Assembly (NCBI GenBank): GCA_028685755.1
Contig: JAQUDJ010000003.1
Location: 60,525 to 124,524 of the forward strand
Source of the DNA: Eubacteriales bacterium
Lineage (GTDB): Bacteria; Bacillota; Clostridia; Saccharofermentanales; UBA5734
Length of the DNA stretch: 64,000 bases
Direction of reading: 5' to 3'
Under the pieces are notes generated by a model that worked only from the letters and a program-made list of their open reading frames with translations, ran no database searches and was not told the DNA's origin. The position numbers and the translations under genes are program-made. Shown here one piece after another: positions 9,554-18,969 of this stretch (positions within the stretch are counted from its first letter, which is position 1; each line of letters opens with the position of its first letter).

Positions 9554-12500
9554 ATGGCAAAACAAAAGAAGTACATGACCATGGACGGCAACACCGCTGC
9601 CGCATATACCTCATATGCGTTTACCGAAGTTGCCGGCATCTACCCAATCACCCCGTCGTCCCCGATGGCAGACTACACCGATCAGTGGGCACAAGAAGGC
9701 CGTAAGAATATCTTCGGTCAGACCGTCAACGTTGTTGAATTGCAATCCGAAGGCGGCGCTGCGGCGACCACCCACGGTGCTTTAGCAGCCGGTGCTTTGG
9801 CAACAACCTACACCGCTTCCCAGGGCTTGCTGCTGATGATCCCCAACATGTACAAGATCTCCGGCGAACTCCTCCCGGGTGTTTTCCATGTTACTGCCCG
9901 TGCGCTTGCCGCACACGCACTTTCAATCTTTGGTGACCATGCCGACGTTATGGCTTGCCGCCAGACCGGTTTCGCGATGCTCGCGTCATCCTCAGTTCAA
10001 GAGACTGTTGACCTCGCTGCCGTCGCCCATCTCGCCGCGATTAAAGGCCGAGTGCCTTTCATGCACTTCTTCGACGGTTTCCGCACCTCGCACGAAATCC
10101 AAAAAATCGAAGTTCAAGATTACGCTGATCTTGCTAATCTCGTCGACATGGACGCTGTCAAAGCCTTCCGTGAACGTGGACTGTCCCCGAATCACCCGAC
10201 TCTACGTGGTACGGCACAGAATCCTGACGTATATTTCCAGGCTCGCGAAGCGGCCAATCCTTATTACAATGCCTTGCCTGCCGTCGTCGATTACTACTTT
10301 GAAGAAATGAACAAATTGACCGGCCGCAATTACAAAGCTTTCAACTACTACGGCGCTCCGGATGCTGATCGCGTGATCATCGCGATGGGCTCTGCTTGTG
10401 AAGCCATCGAAGAAACCATCGACTTGCTGATCGCTCGTGGCGAAAAGGTCGGTATGGTCAAAGTCCACCTCTACCGTCCTTTCTCGGTCGAACGCCTGTT
10501 GGCTGCCGTCCCGAATTCCGTCAAAAAAATTGCTGTCCTCGATCGCACTAAAGAACCCGGCTCCCATGGCGAACCGCTGTTCTTGGACATCTGTGCAGCC
10601 TTTGCTGGTCAAGCCAATGCCCCGATCATCGTCGGTGGTCGTTATGGACTCGGTTCCAAAGACACCACACCAGATCAGATCGTTGCTGTTTACAAGAGCC
10701 TCAAAAATGACGCGCCTAAGCACAACTTCACCATCGGTATCGTTGATGACGTGACCTTCACCTCTTTGCCAATTGACGAATCCGTCGATGTCGCACAGGA
10801 AGGCACAATCGCCGCTCGCTTCTGGGGCCTTGGTGCTGACGGTACAGTCGGTGCTAACAAAAACTCAATCAAAATCATCGGTGACCACACCGATATGTAT
10901 GCTCAAGCTTACTTCTCCTATGACTCGAAGAAGTCCGGCGGCGTTACGATTTCTGATCTGCGTTTTGGTAAAAACCCAATTCGTTCGACCTACCTCGTCA
11001 ACAAAGCAGACTTTGTCGCTTGCCACAATCAAGCATACGTCAACCAGTATGACATGATGACTGCCCTCAAACCGAACGGCATCTTCCTGCTCAACACAAT
11101 CTGGAATGAAGCGGAACTCGAAACCATGCTTCCAGGTAGCATCAAACGTTACCTTGCCAAAAACAACATCCGTTTCTTCACCCTCGACGCAGTTTCGAAA
11201 GCAGAAGAAATCGGTCTCGGTGGTCGTATCAATACAATCATGCAAGCCGCCTTCTTCAAGCTGACGCAGGTCATTCCGGTTGAACAGGCTGTCGAATACA
11301 TGAAAAAGGCCATTTACAAATCCTACGGCAAAAAGGGCGACGATATCGTCACCATGAACTATGCCGCAGTTGATGCTGGGATCAACGCTGTTGTCGAAGT
11401 CAAAGTCCCAGCTGCTTGGGCAGACGCCAAAGACGTTGTTGTTGAGAAGAAGCCGGTTCCGGATTTCATCAAGAATGTCGTTGAAGTCATGAATGCTCAG
11501 CTCGGTGACACCCTCCCAGTCAGCGCCTTCACCGGTCGCGAAGATGGCACTTTCCCGCAGGGCACCAGCCAATATGAAAAGCGCATGATCGCTACCAAAA
11601 TTCCGGTCTGGCAGGCTGATAACTGCATCCAGTGCAATCAGTGTTCCTATGTTTGCCCACACGCTGTTATTCGCCCGTTCCTCCTCACCGACGACGAAGC
11701 AGCCAAGGCTCCGAAAGAATTTGCAACGGTCAAGGGCATGAAGCCTTACGACAACTACCAGTATCGCATCCAGCTGTCTTTGATGGACTGCACCGGCTGC
11801 GGATCCTGCGCCGATGTCTGCCCAGCCAAAACCAAAGCACTTTTGATGGAACCGATCGAAAAGAACATGGAACAGGCCAGCAACTGGGAATTCGCCCAGA
11901 CCTTGTCCATCAAACCAAATCCGGTCAACAAAGAAACCGTCAAGGGCAGTCAGTTTGAACAGCCCTTACTCGAATTCTCCGGCGCGTGCGCAGGTTGTGG
12001 TGAAACACCATACACCAAGCTGATCACCCAACTCTTTGGCGATCGTATGCAGATTTCCAATGCGACCGGTTGCTCATCGATCTGGGGCGGTTCCGCACCG
12101 TCTATGCCGTATCGTCCGAACGAAAAGGGTCAAGGCCCAGCATGGGGCAACTCCTTGTTCGAAGATAACGCTGAACATGGCTTGGGCATGTACCTCGGCT
12201 ATAAGCAATTGCGCGCTCGTCTCACATCTTCGCTCAAAGACTTGATCTCAGTTGACGTCAACGAAGAACTTAATACAGCCGGCAATGCTTGGATCGAAGC
12301 TAAAGAAGATGGCAAAAAGACGCGTGCCGTCAGTGAAAACCTCGTTGCAGCGCTCAAGAGCTACAACGGTGACAATGACGCTGCCAAAACCTTGATTGCC
12401 GATCTCTTAGCAAATGAAGACTACTTCGCCAAGCGTTCCCAGTGGATTATTGGTGGCGACGGTTGGGCTTATGACATCGGTTACGGCGGCCTAGACCATG

Positions 12501-13090
12501 TTCTCGCTTCTGGCGAAGACATCAACGTCCTCGTCCTCGACACCGAAATTTACTCCAACACCGGTGGCCAGGCTTCTAAGTCGACACCTACTGGCGCAGT
12601 TGCTCAATTTGCTGCTGGTGGCAAGGCTATCAAGAAGAAAGACCTCGGGATGATGGCTATGACCTATGGTTACGTCTACGTCGCGCAAATCGCGATGGGC
12701 GCCAACCAGAATCAGACCCTGAAAGCCTTCGCCGAAGCCGAAGCATACCAAGGGCCTTCGTTGGTCATTGCGTATGCACCGTGCATCAGCCATGGCATCA
12801 AAGGCGGCATGACTGTTTCCCAACGTCAAGAAAAGAACGCCGTTGAATGTGGTTACTGGCACCTCTATCGCTTCAATCCAGCCCTCAAGCTGGAAGGCAA
12901 GAACCCCTTCACCCTCGATTCGAAAGAACCGGCCGGTGATCACAAAGCCTTCCTGATGAGCGAAAACCGTTATACGACCATGCTCAAGAAAATGACACCT
13001 GAGCAGATCGAAAAGGTCTTCGCCAAAGCGAAACAGGACTCGGTTGATCGCTACGAAAGCTACCGCCGCATGGCAGCCGATATCGGCTAA
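9554..13090 (+). CDS. nifJ: pyruvate:ferredoxin (flavodoxin) oxidoreductase, single-polypeptide type
   Basis: 1178 aa. MDGNTAAA start. Two ferredoxin-type CxxCxxCxxxCP motifs. TPP-binding GGDGWAYDIGYGGLDH. Confidence 0.95.
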   Translation: MAKQKKYMTMDGNTAAAYTSYAFTEVAGIYPITPSSPMADYTDQWAQEGRKNIFGQTVNVVELQSEGGAAATTHGALAAGALATTYTASQGLLLMIPNMYKISGELLPGVFHVTARALAAHALSIFGDHADVMACRQTGFAMLASSSVQETVDLAAVAHLAAIKGRVPFMHFFDGFRTSHEIQKIEVQDYADLANLVDMDAVKAFRERGLSPNHPTLRGTAQNPDVYFQAREAANPYYNALPAVVDYYFEEMNKLTGRNYKAFNYYGAPDADRVIIAMGSACEAIEETIDLLIARGEKVGMVKVHLYRPFSVERLLAAVPNSVKKIAVLDRTKEPGSHGEPLFLDICAAFAGQANAPIIVGGRYGLGSKDTTPDQIVAVYKSLKNDAPKHNFTIGIVDDVTFTSLPIDESVDVAQEGTIAARFWGLGADGTVGANKNSIKIIGDHTDMYAQAYFSYDSKKSGGVTISDLRFGKNPIRSTYLVNKADFVACHNQAYVNQYDMMTALKPNGIFLLNTIWNEAELETMLPGSIKRYLAKNNIRFFTLDAVSKAEEIGLGGRINTIMQAAFFKLTQVIPVEQAVEYMKKAIYKSYGKKGDDIVTMNYAAVDAGINAVVEVKVPAAWADAKDVVVEKKPVPDFIKNVVEVMNAQLGDTLPVSAFTGREDGTFPQGTSQYEKRMIATKIPVWQADNCIQCNQCSYVCPHAVIRPFLLTDDEAAKAPKEFATVKGMKPYDNYQYRIQLSLMDCTGCGSCADVCPAKTKALLMEPIEKNMEQASNWEFAQTLSIKPNPVNKETVKGSQFEQPLLEFSGACAGCGETPYTKLITQLFGDRMQISNATGCSSIWGGSAPSMPYRPNEKGQGPAWGNSLFEDNAEHGLGMYLGYKQLRARLTSSLKDLISVDVNEELNTAGNAWIEAKEDGKKTRAVSENLVAALKSYNGDNDAAKTLIADLLANEDYFAKRSQWIIGGDGWAYDIGYGGLDHVLASGEDINVLVLDTEIYSNTGGQASKSTPTGAVAQFAAGGKAIKKKDLGMMAMTYGYVYVAQIAMGANQNQTLKAFAEAEAYQGPSLVIAYAPCISHGIKGGMTVSQRQEKNAVECGYWHLYRFNPALKLEGKNPFTLDSKEPAGDHKAFLMSENRYTTMLKKMTPEQIEKVFAKAKQDSVDRYESYRRMAADIG

Positions 13091-13180
13091 GTCACGCTCG
13101 TAAACAGCTTTCAAATCTGCTGATGACCACCTCCGTGATGACCTATTGCGGATGGCAAAGCCAGCTAAACATGCTATAAT

Positions 13181-13211
13181 AAAACCCCGCCCGTATTGGG
13201 CGGGGTTTTTT
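13181..13211 (+). terminator. rho-independent terminator of nifJ
   Basis: CCCCGCCC-GTATT-GGGCGGGG followed by T6. Confidence 0.85.
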
Positions 13212-13238
13212 AATGGATTTTTTGGAGGTTTTAGCGGC

Positions 13239-14414
13239 ATGCAAATTGATGAAAGTCGCAAGCTCTTGCTGTCCGACACCCTTGTGCCGGATATTTTCAT
13301 CACTGAGCTGATGCCTGCTTTGAGCGGGCTAGCCGTAAAACTCTATCTATATCTCTTGATGACCGCCCGTAACAATCGCCAAGTCAGTGAGGCTGACCTC
13401 TCGCGTCGGATGGGGACTGATCTCGATACCATCAAATCCGCCAATTTAGAACTTGCACAGGCGGGTTTGCTCGTCATTCATGACCGCTCGCTCGAAATTT
13501 GCGACATCAAAGCGGCTGAGATCGAACGCACCTACCGTCCGCGGACAAGCGCACCCCCCACCGAAAATGGCGAGAATAGCGAACGTTTCAATAAACGCGA
13601 GCAGCTCATGCGAGAGATCGCCAAGACCTTTTTCCAAGGCTTAATGGCCCCTTCTTGGTATGCCGAAATTGAGAACTGGTCGGATCGCTATCATTTTGAA
13701 CCTGAAGTTATTTATGCACTTTTTCAAGAATGTGGTCGTCGTAACAAGCTGAACAGTAAAGCTTACATCAGCCGTGTTGCTGAGAATTGGGCATCGCGCA
13801 AAATCATTACCCATCAGGATCTTAGCCGTTATTTCATGTCCTATGAAAAAATCAACAAAATCACGAGTAAAGTCGGCCGCAAATTGCGCAAATCGATGAC
13901 GGATTACGACGAAGAAATCGTCACACGTTGGGTCGAACAATATGGCTACGACTTTGACATCATTGAACTGGCCCTGCGAAAAGTCGTCAAGTTGGCCAAT
14001 CCTAACCTTGAATTCATCGACAAGATCATCCAAGAGTGGTTTAGTAATCAACTCAAAACAGCAGAACAGATTAGTGGATACGAGGCTCAAAAGGCCGCCC
14101 GTCTATCTGGCGAACGTGGTCGATCTGCCGCATCTGGTGGTGGAATATCAGGCTCTGCCAATGGATATAGTTCGACCTCAAGACCCCGGGCGAGCGTCGG
14201 TAATTTTGACCAACGAGATTATGAAGCAAACTATTTTGACTCGTTTTACTCCGATCCAGATCAATCAACCGATAAATCAACCGATAAATCAACGGATCAA
14301 CCTGCAACTCAGTCAGCTGATCAGTCAGCGGCTCAATCAACGGAGCAACCTGCAATTCAGTCAGCAGATCAATCAGCTGCTCTGCCAACCCGTAAGCTGG
14401 GAGGGGATGTCTGA
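13239..14414 (+). CDS. DnaD-domain replication initiation/helicase-loading protein (Firmicute DnaB/DnaD-like) with low-complexity C-terminal tail
   Basis: GGAGG precedes ATG 13239, and the upstream part of ORF 13146 overlaps the terminator. It has an N-terminal wHTH-like region and two DnaB_2/DnaD-like repeats (SWYAEIENW..., IVTRWVEQYGY...). Confidence 0.7.
   Translation: MQIDESRKLLLSDTLVPDIFITELMPALSGLAVKLYLYLLMTARNNRQVSEADLSRRMGTDLDTIKSANLELAQAGLLVIHDRSLEICDIKAAEIERTYRPRTSAPPTENGENSERFNKREQLMREIAKTFFQGLMAPSWYAEIENWSDRYHFEPEVIYALFQECGRRNKLNSKAYISRVAENWASRKIITHQDLSRYFMSYEKINKITSKVGRKLRKSMTDYDEEIVTRWVEQYGYDFDIIELALRKVVKLANPNLEFIDKIIQEWFSNQLKTAEQISGYEAQKAARLSGERGRSAASGGGISGSANGYSSTSRPRASVGNFDQRDYEANYFDSFYSDPDQSTDKSTDKSTDQPATQSADQSAAQSTEQPAIQSADQSAALPTRKLGGDV
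14259..14381 (+). repeat. in-frame tandem repeats (12-nt and about 45-nt units) encoding an STDK/QSADQSAA tail
   Basis: tcaaccgataaa occurs twice. The unit caacctgcaa(c/t)tcagtcagc(t/a)gatca(g/a)tcagc also occurs twice. Confidence 0.6.
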
Positions 14415-15430
14415 TGGAACAGCCATCTATTGGTCGCGCGGTTGCCCGTGAATACGATCGTCGTCGTCAGCAGACTGAACAAGCCCGTTTGCATCGCCGG
14501 GCTGACGTTTACGGGCGGTATCCGCAAGTTGCGGAGCTCGATCGCAAAATCGCAGCTGCCGGTGCGGAACAACTGCTCGAATTGCTGACGACACATAGTG
14601 GGGCAACTCCAGCCCAGCACCTCCGCCAAGCCTTACAAGTTGAACGAACTGCACTACTCGGACAACTCAACGTACCCATTGATTTTGACCAAATTAGGCC
14701 GGTTTGCCCGATCTGTCGGGACACCGGGATCGATCAGGGGCACCCATGTAGCTGCTATCGTAAAATATTGACACCACTCCTGACCGCCCAAGCCAATTTG
14801 CGCAATTTAGACGGGCTGACGTTTGCTCGTTTTGATGAAACATTATTTAGCGATCAACAAAACCCGACACAGTACAAGGTCGACCGCTCTCCGCGCGCAC
14901 AAATTCTTGCTATTCGTCAAATTTGCGAAGCCTATGTCCAACGTTTTGACTCAATCGAACAACGTAATTTGCTTTTTGTCGGCCCACCCGGTACGGGTAA
15001 AACCTACCTCATGGCCTGTATGGCGAATATCCTGCTCGATCAAGGCCGCTCGGTCTTATACGTGACAGCGCCCCTCCTTTTTGAAATTATGAGCAATTAT
15101 CGCACCTTGCTTGCTTCCTATCACCCAGATGAAGCGCGGCTTGAACAAGCGACGGCTTTGCACGACTTGGTGCACCATGCAGAAATGTTACTGATCGATG
15201 ATCTAGGCACAGAGCATAGTGCTGCTGGCCGATATGCTGATCTGCTCAACATTATTGATCATCGCGCCGGATCTGGTTTACACACTGTCATTTCCAGCAA
15301 TGCTGACCCTGTTGCATTGCGTGATGCCTATGATGAGCGACTCACGAGCCGACTACTGGGTAATTTTGCGATTTATCGGTTCTTTGGCAGCGATGTCCGT
15401 TTGGAACTGAACCGCCGTCGCCGAGGTTGA
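14414..15430 (+). CDS. dnaI: DnaI/DnaC-type AAA+ helicase loader
   Basis: N-terminal Cys cluster CPICRDTG...CSC. Walker A GPPGTGKTY and Walker B LLIDDLG. Start overlaps the upstream stop (TGATG). Confidence 0.75.
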   Translation: MEQPSIGRAVAREYDRRRQQTEQARLHRRADVYGRYPQVAELDRKIAAAGAEQLLELLTTHSGATPAQHLRQALQVERTALLGQLNVPIDFDQIRPVCPICRDTGIDQGHPCSCYRKILTPLLTAQANLRNLDGLTFARFDETLFSDQQNPTQYKVDRSPRAQILAIRQICEAYVQRFDSIEQRNLLFVGPPGTGKTYLMACMANILLDQGRSVLYVTAPLLFEIMSNYRTLLASYHPDEARLEQATALHDLVHHAEMLLIDDLGTEHSAAGRYADLLNIIDHRAGSGLHTVISSNADPVALRDAYDERLTSRLLGNFAIYRFFGSDVRLELNRRRRG

Positions 15431-15432
15431 GG

Positions 15433-15897
15433 ATGCAGATACACTGTGGCACGGATATCGTCCAAATTGCTCGCTTTGAACGCGCGATTTCCCGGCAAGG
15501 CGATCGATTTCTACGCCGCTTGTTTACAGCGCGCGAACTCGCGTTATGCGAACGCCAGGATCTTAATCCCATCGATTTAAAAAGTGTTGACACTGTTGCC
15601 CGCTATCGCATTCCGTCCTTAGCAGCTAGATTTGCTGGTAAAGAAGCGATAGCCAAAGCACTCGGGACAGGTATTGGACCACATAACATATCGTGGCTTG
15701 ATCTGGAGATTTTGTCAGAAACGAATGGCGCCCCCGTTGCCATCCTTCACCAGGCTGCAGCCTCGCGCTTGATCGACTTGCACGGCACTTCGGTAGCCAT
15801 CAGCTTGTCGCACGAGCAAACGATTGCTCAGGCTTTTTGTGTGATTTTGAGCGAGCAGGTTCTACCATATCAAACAGAAGGTGTCCCGCCCCTATGA
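15433..15897 (+). CDS. acpS: holo-[acyl-carrier-protein] synthase (4'-phosphopantetheinyl transferase)
   Basis: GTDIVQIARFE ... FAGKEAIAKALGTG motifs. The start could be TTG 15427 or ATG 15433. Confidence 0.85.
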   Translation: MQIHCGTDIVQIARFERAISRQGDRFLRRLFTARELALCERQDLNPIDLKSVDTVARYRIPSLAARFAGKEAIAKALGTGIGPHNISWLDLEILSETNGAPVAILHQAAASRLIDLHGTSVAISLSHEQTIAQAFCVILSEQVLPYQTEGVPPL

Positions 15898-17006
15898 GTC
15901 TCTTTCGTAAAAAGTACAAACCCTTCGAACCGCCTATGCATATCGACAAACACTGGCCAATCTATCGGGAAAATGTGTTTGTCGACAAAAAACCACACCG
16001 CTTTCCCTTTTGGTTCGCCCCCCTCGCTGCACTCGTTGCGATCGTCTTGATCGTATTTTATTTGGCACCCACGATTACACGTCGTGTTGTCAATCTCACA
16101 CACAACCGCGATTTAGACGGCCAACAAATCAGCCGTAGCCTCGACGAGATGAATCGAGTGGTCAGCCAAACGACAGCCGATCTTTATGAAACGGCTGATC
16201 TTAAAGCCAAACGACTCGCACAAGTACTTTACAATGAACCCGTGACATTGACCAATATACAAACAACATATGGGTTTCGCCAGGTCATCCTGCAAGAAGG
16301 GCTGACAGGCTTCATGCGCGAAGATCAACTGTCGACTTATTGCGACTCGGCAGAGCCTGCTTTAGCATTAAATAAACTCGTCGTCGCGACGAGTTCAAAG
16401 CGAATTATGAGTCATGCAAAAACCGGAACGCTGATTGCTGAAGTTATGATGGGAACGGTTCTTTATGCCGACTATCGCGGCGATGGTATTTCACGTGTCT
16501 TATTGCCAGATGGCCAGACTGGCTGGATTAGCGATGAGGGAATGGTCATCTTGCCACCTGATGGCGAGGTTATGCCCGTTGAATCCGGCGCGCGCTATTT
16601 TACAACGTCTGCACTGTCTTTTTTAAATGTAACTTTGATCAATCGTGGGATGACCATTGACGGCGCTTCCATTCCGGGGATTGCCTATGTCAGTGCGGCG
16701 GTCAACGGTGTGAAGCTGCCCCGACTGATGTCCGAGCAATTTATGAGTGGTGAAGTAGTGGTGCTTTCGCGCGATCTCGAATCTGAACTTGTCGACCCGG
16801 ATATTCTTGCGCCCGGAGATTTGCTCTTTTTTGGTCAGACGCCAGATTCAAGTGAACCAACTCGTATGGCCATATGCATCAGCGAAACCAGCATGCTCGT
16901 GGAGAACCAAGGGCGTTCGTCGATCCGTTTATTAGACCCAGCAAAGGATGAAGTGCTCTGGTCCAATCTGATCGGTATTCGTCGAATTTTCAGAGCGACC
17001 CCATAA
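15894..17006 (+). CDS. membrane-anchored SH3b-repeat protein with a degenerate NlpC/P60-like C-terminal domain
   Basis: ATG 15894 overlaps the acpS stop (ATGA). TM segment FAPLAALVAIVLIVFYLAP. The C-terminus aligns by eye to C40 peptidases (LPR..S.Q...G, PGDLLFFG), but the catalytic Cys and His positions read DGAS and RMAI. Confidence 0.55.
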   Translation: MSLFRKKYKPFEPPMHIDKHWPIYRENVFVDKKPHRFPFWFAPLAALVAIVLIVFYLAPTITRRVVNLTHNRDLDGQQISRSLDEMNRVVSQTTADLYETADLKAKRLAQVLYNEPVTLTNIQTTYGFRQVILQEGLTGFMREDQLSTYCDSAEPALALNKLVVATSSKRIMSHAKTGTLIAEVMMGTVLYADYRGDGISRVLLPDGQTGWISDEGMVILPPDGEVMPVESGARYFTTSALSFLNVTLINRGMTIDGASIPGIAYVSAAVNGVKLPRLMSEQFMSGEVVVLSRDLESELVDPDILAPGDLLFFGQTPDSSEPTRMAICISETSMLVENQGRSSIRLLDPAKDEVLWSNLIGIRRIFRATP

Positions 17007-17035
17007 ATTAAATAAAACGAATTCCATTCAAACAA

Positions 17036-17064
17036 CGAAAAACGCCACCCTGTGAAGGATGGCG
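17036..17064 (-). terminator. rho-independent terminator of rpmB
   Basis: On the minus strand, a CGCCAUCCU/AGGGUGGCG stem (one G-U pair) is followed by TTTTT. Confidence 0.6.
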
Positions 17065-17119
17065 CTTGTGGATTCCTGCGATTACCCGTTTAGCGACAAA
17101 CGATTGTCGACAACGCGGC

Positions 17120-17317
17120 TCAGGCTCTCTTGACCGCGTTGGATCGGAGGCACCTGGTGCAGACATGCATGGTCGTGGGCGTTCCATTCAGATCAACCCG
17201 GACGCTATGAACATTCGGTTTCTGCTTCGCGAGTGCGCGGCGGGAAACCTGTGAACGGGTGATGCTGATCTTTCTGCCGAAGAGAGTATCCTTCGAGCAA
17301 ACGTCACACTTAGGCAT
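17120..17317 (-). CDS. rpmB: 50S ribosomal protein L28
   Basis: MPKCDVCSKDTLFGRKISITRSQVSRRA...VCTRCLRS matches the L28 pattern. GGAGG sits upstream of ATG 17317. The N-terminal extension of ORF 17120-17398 was rejected. Confidence 0.9.
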   Translation of the reverse strand: MPKCDVCSKDTLFGRKISITRSQVSRRALAKQKPNVHSVRVDLNGTPTTMHVCTRCLRSNAVKRA

Positions 17318-17460
17318 CTTGTACACCTCCTGTACGTTTTGTTGCGCAAACGCGCAAACAGAATGATAACACAATGTATGGTTTTGCGCAACCGCCATTT
17401 AAACGATTTTGCAGATTTTGCAGATTTTTACGAGCATATTTTGCTGCTTGTTGGCAGCAT

Positions 17461-18339
17461 TTACTGCGAAATACTAACAATTCCCGTGTGACTTGGGGTG
17501 CCCTGCTTGTCTAGTCCCAACATCAATCCATTGGCAATTGCGTGTGTCGGGCAAACAAGTTCGCACGCGCCACATTGCGTACATTTGCTCTGATTGATCA
17601 CGGCCAAAGGTCCATCCATGGTAATGGCCCCAAATTCACAGGCTTTTACACATTTTTGACAACCAATACACCCAACAGAACAATTCTTGCGGGTCTGCGC
17701 ACCGGGCCATTTATTTTTACATTTGACCGTGTAGGCATTCAAGTGCTTTGGAATGACCTCGATTAGCTTTTTGGGGCAGGTGATGACACACAAGCCACAA
17801 GCGGTACATTTATCGGAATCCACGTGTGCAATACCGTTTGCCATGTAGATTGCGCCATACGGACAAGCAACTTCACAATCGCCAAAACCCAAGCAACCAT
17901 ACGAGCACGAGTTAGGGCCTGAGAAGAGGCTGTGCGCAGCCGCGCAGCCCAAAGTACCCCGATAGTCAAAACGTTTGTTGGTGTGATCGACTGTGCCCTG
18001 ACAATGGACATGAGCGACTTTCGGAATAAAAACGGGTGTAGCAACACCGAGGAACAAGGAAAGTTCTTCAGCTACTTCCGTCCCGCCAACTGGGCATTTG
18101 CCGGTGTTCGGGTCGCCGTCAGCCATTGACTGGGCGTAGCCTTCACAACCAGAAAAACCGCAAGCACCACAATTTGCGCCAGGTAGAATGGCTTTGATCC
18201 CTTCAAGTCGTTCATCGACAGGTACGGCAAATATCTTGGTCACGATTACAATGATAATGCCTAAAAACAAAGCAATTGAGCTGGCAATCAAGATCGGAAT
18301 GGTAATAGAACTGATGGCGAATAAAGCGACTAATAACAT
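17461..18339 (-). CDS. rnfB: Rnf complex subunit B (polyferredoxin type)
   Basis: N-terminal TM helix, CGACGFSGCEGYA motif and several CxxCxxCxxxCP ferredoxin motifs. Last gene of the rnf operon. Confidence 0.9.
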   Translation of the reverse strand: MLLVALFAISSITIPILIASSIALFLGIIIVIVTKIFAVPVDERLEGIKAILPGANCGACGFSGCEGYAQSMADGDPNTGKCPVGGTEVAEELSLFLGVATPVFIPKVAHVHCQGTVDHTNKRFDYRGTLGCAAAHSLFSGPNSCSYGCLGFGDCEVACPYGAIYMANGIAHVDSDKCTACGLCVITCPKKLIEVIPKHLNAYTVKCKNKWPGAQTRKNCSVGCIGCQKCVKACEFGAITMDGPLAVINQSKCTQCGACELVCPTHAIANGLMLGLDKQGTPSHTGIVSISQ

Positions 18340-18364
18340 GCAGTATAGCTCCTTTTTGCCGTGA

Positions 18365-18955
18365 TCAGCTGAATAGTTTTTCGATCAAACCTTTGAAACC
18401 AAAGAATGAGATCGAAACCAAACCAGCTGATACAAGGGTGATCGGCAACCCTTTCATAAATTTCGGTATGTCCGCACGATCTACTTTGGAACGAACACCG
18501 GAGAAGAGGAAGAGCGCCAGCATAAAGCCAAGACCTGCGCCAGCAGCATTGAAAACGGATTCGAAGAAGGTATAGTTTTGATCAACATTGAGGATTGTGA
18601 CACCAAGCACGGCGCAGTTGGTCGTGATGAGCGGCAAGTAGATTCCCAGAGCCTTATACAAACTTGGGATGGCCTTTTTGAGGAAGGTTTCGATAATCTG
18701 AACAAGTGCGGCAATGATAACAATGAACACACCTGTTTGCAAATAGCCGAGATTGAGCGGAGATAACAGATAGGCTTGGACTGGCCAGGTCAAAGCGGAA
18801 GCGATGACCATGACGATGATTACCGCCATGCTCATACCCATGGCGGTTTTGACGTTTTTACTAACCCCTAAGAAAGGGCAAATGCCCAGGAAGCGCGAGA
18901 GGACAAAGTTGTCGACTAGAATCGCGCTGAACAGAATAATCAGCATTTCTCTCAT
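18365..18955 (-). CDS. rnfA: Rnf complex subunit A
   Basis: Polytopic membrane protein of typical RnfA/NqrE-like length and sequence (FVLSRFLGICPFLGVS). Confidence 0.95.
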   Translation of the reverse strand: MREMLIILFSAILVDNFVLSRFLGICPFLGVSKNVKTAMGMSMAVIIVMVIASALTWPVQAYLLSPLNLGYLQTGVFIVIIAALVQIIETFLKKAIPSLYKALGIYLPLITTNCAVLGVTILNVDQNYTFFESVFNAAGAGLGFMLALFLFSGVRSKVDRADIPKFMKGLPITLVSAGLVSISFFGFKGLIEKLFS

Positions 18956-18969
18956 CGGTATATCCTCCC

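Noticed and set aside
10865-11662. 265-aa ORF on the minus strand inside nifJ, together with similar antisense or out-of-frame ORFs at 10202-10723, 12491-13303, 9879-10310 and 10437-10754.
   Set aside because: They lie entirely within the strongly recognisable PFOR reading frame. They have no SD and no recognisable motifs, and their composition is typical of shadow ORFs opposite a highly expressed gene.
15837-15893. N-terminal extension of ORF 15837-17006 overlapping the 3' end of acpS.
   Set aside because: The ATG at 15894 forms an ATGA overlap with the acpS stop and begins a typical positively charged N-terminus followed by a TM segment. The extension would overlap acpS by 60 nt in another frame.
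17407-17429. Tandem TTTTGCAGA repeat (two copies plus a partial copy) between rpmB and rnfB.
   Set aside because: It is too short and low-complexity to interpret. It is probably part of the A/T-rich upstream region of the rpmB promoter, with no second copy elsewhere in the window.
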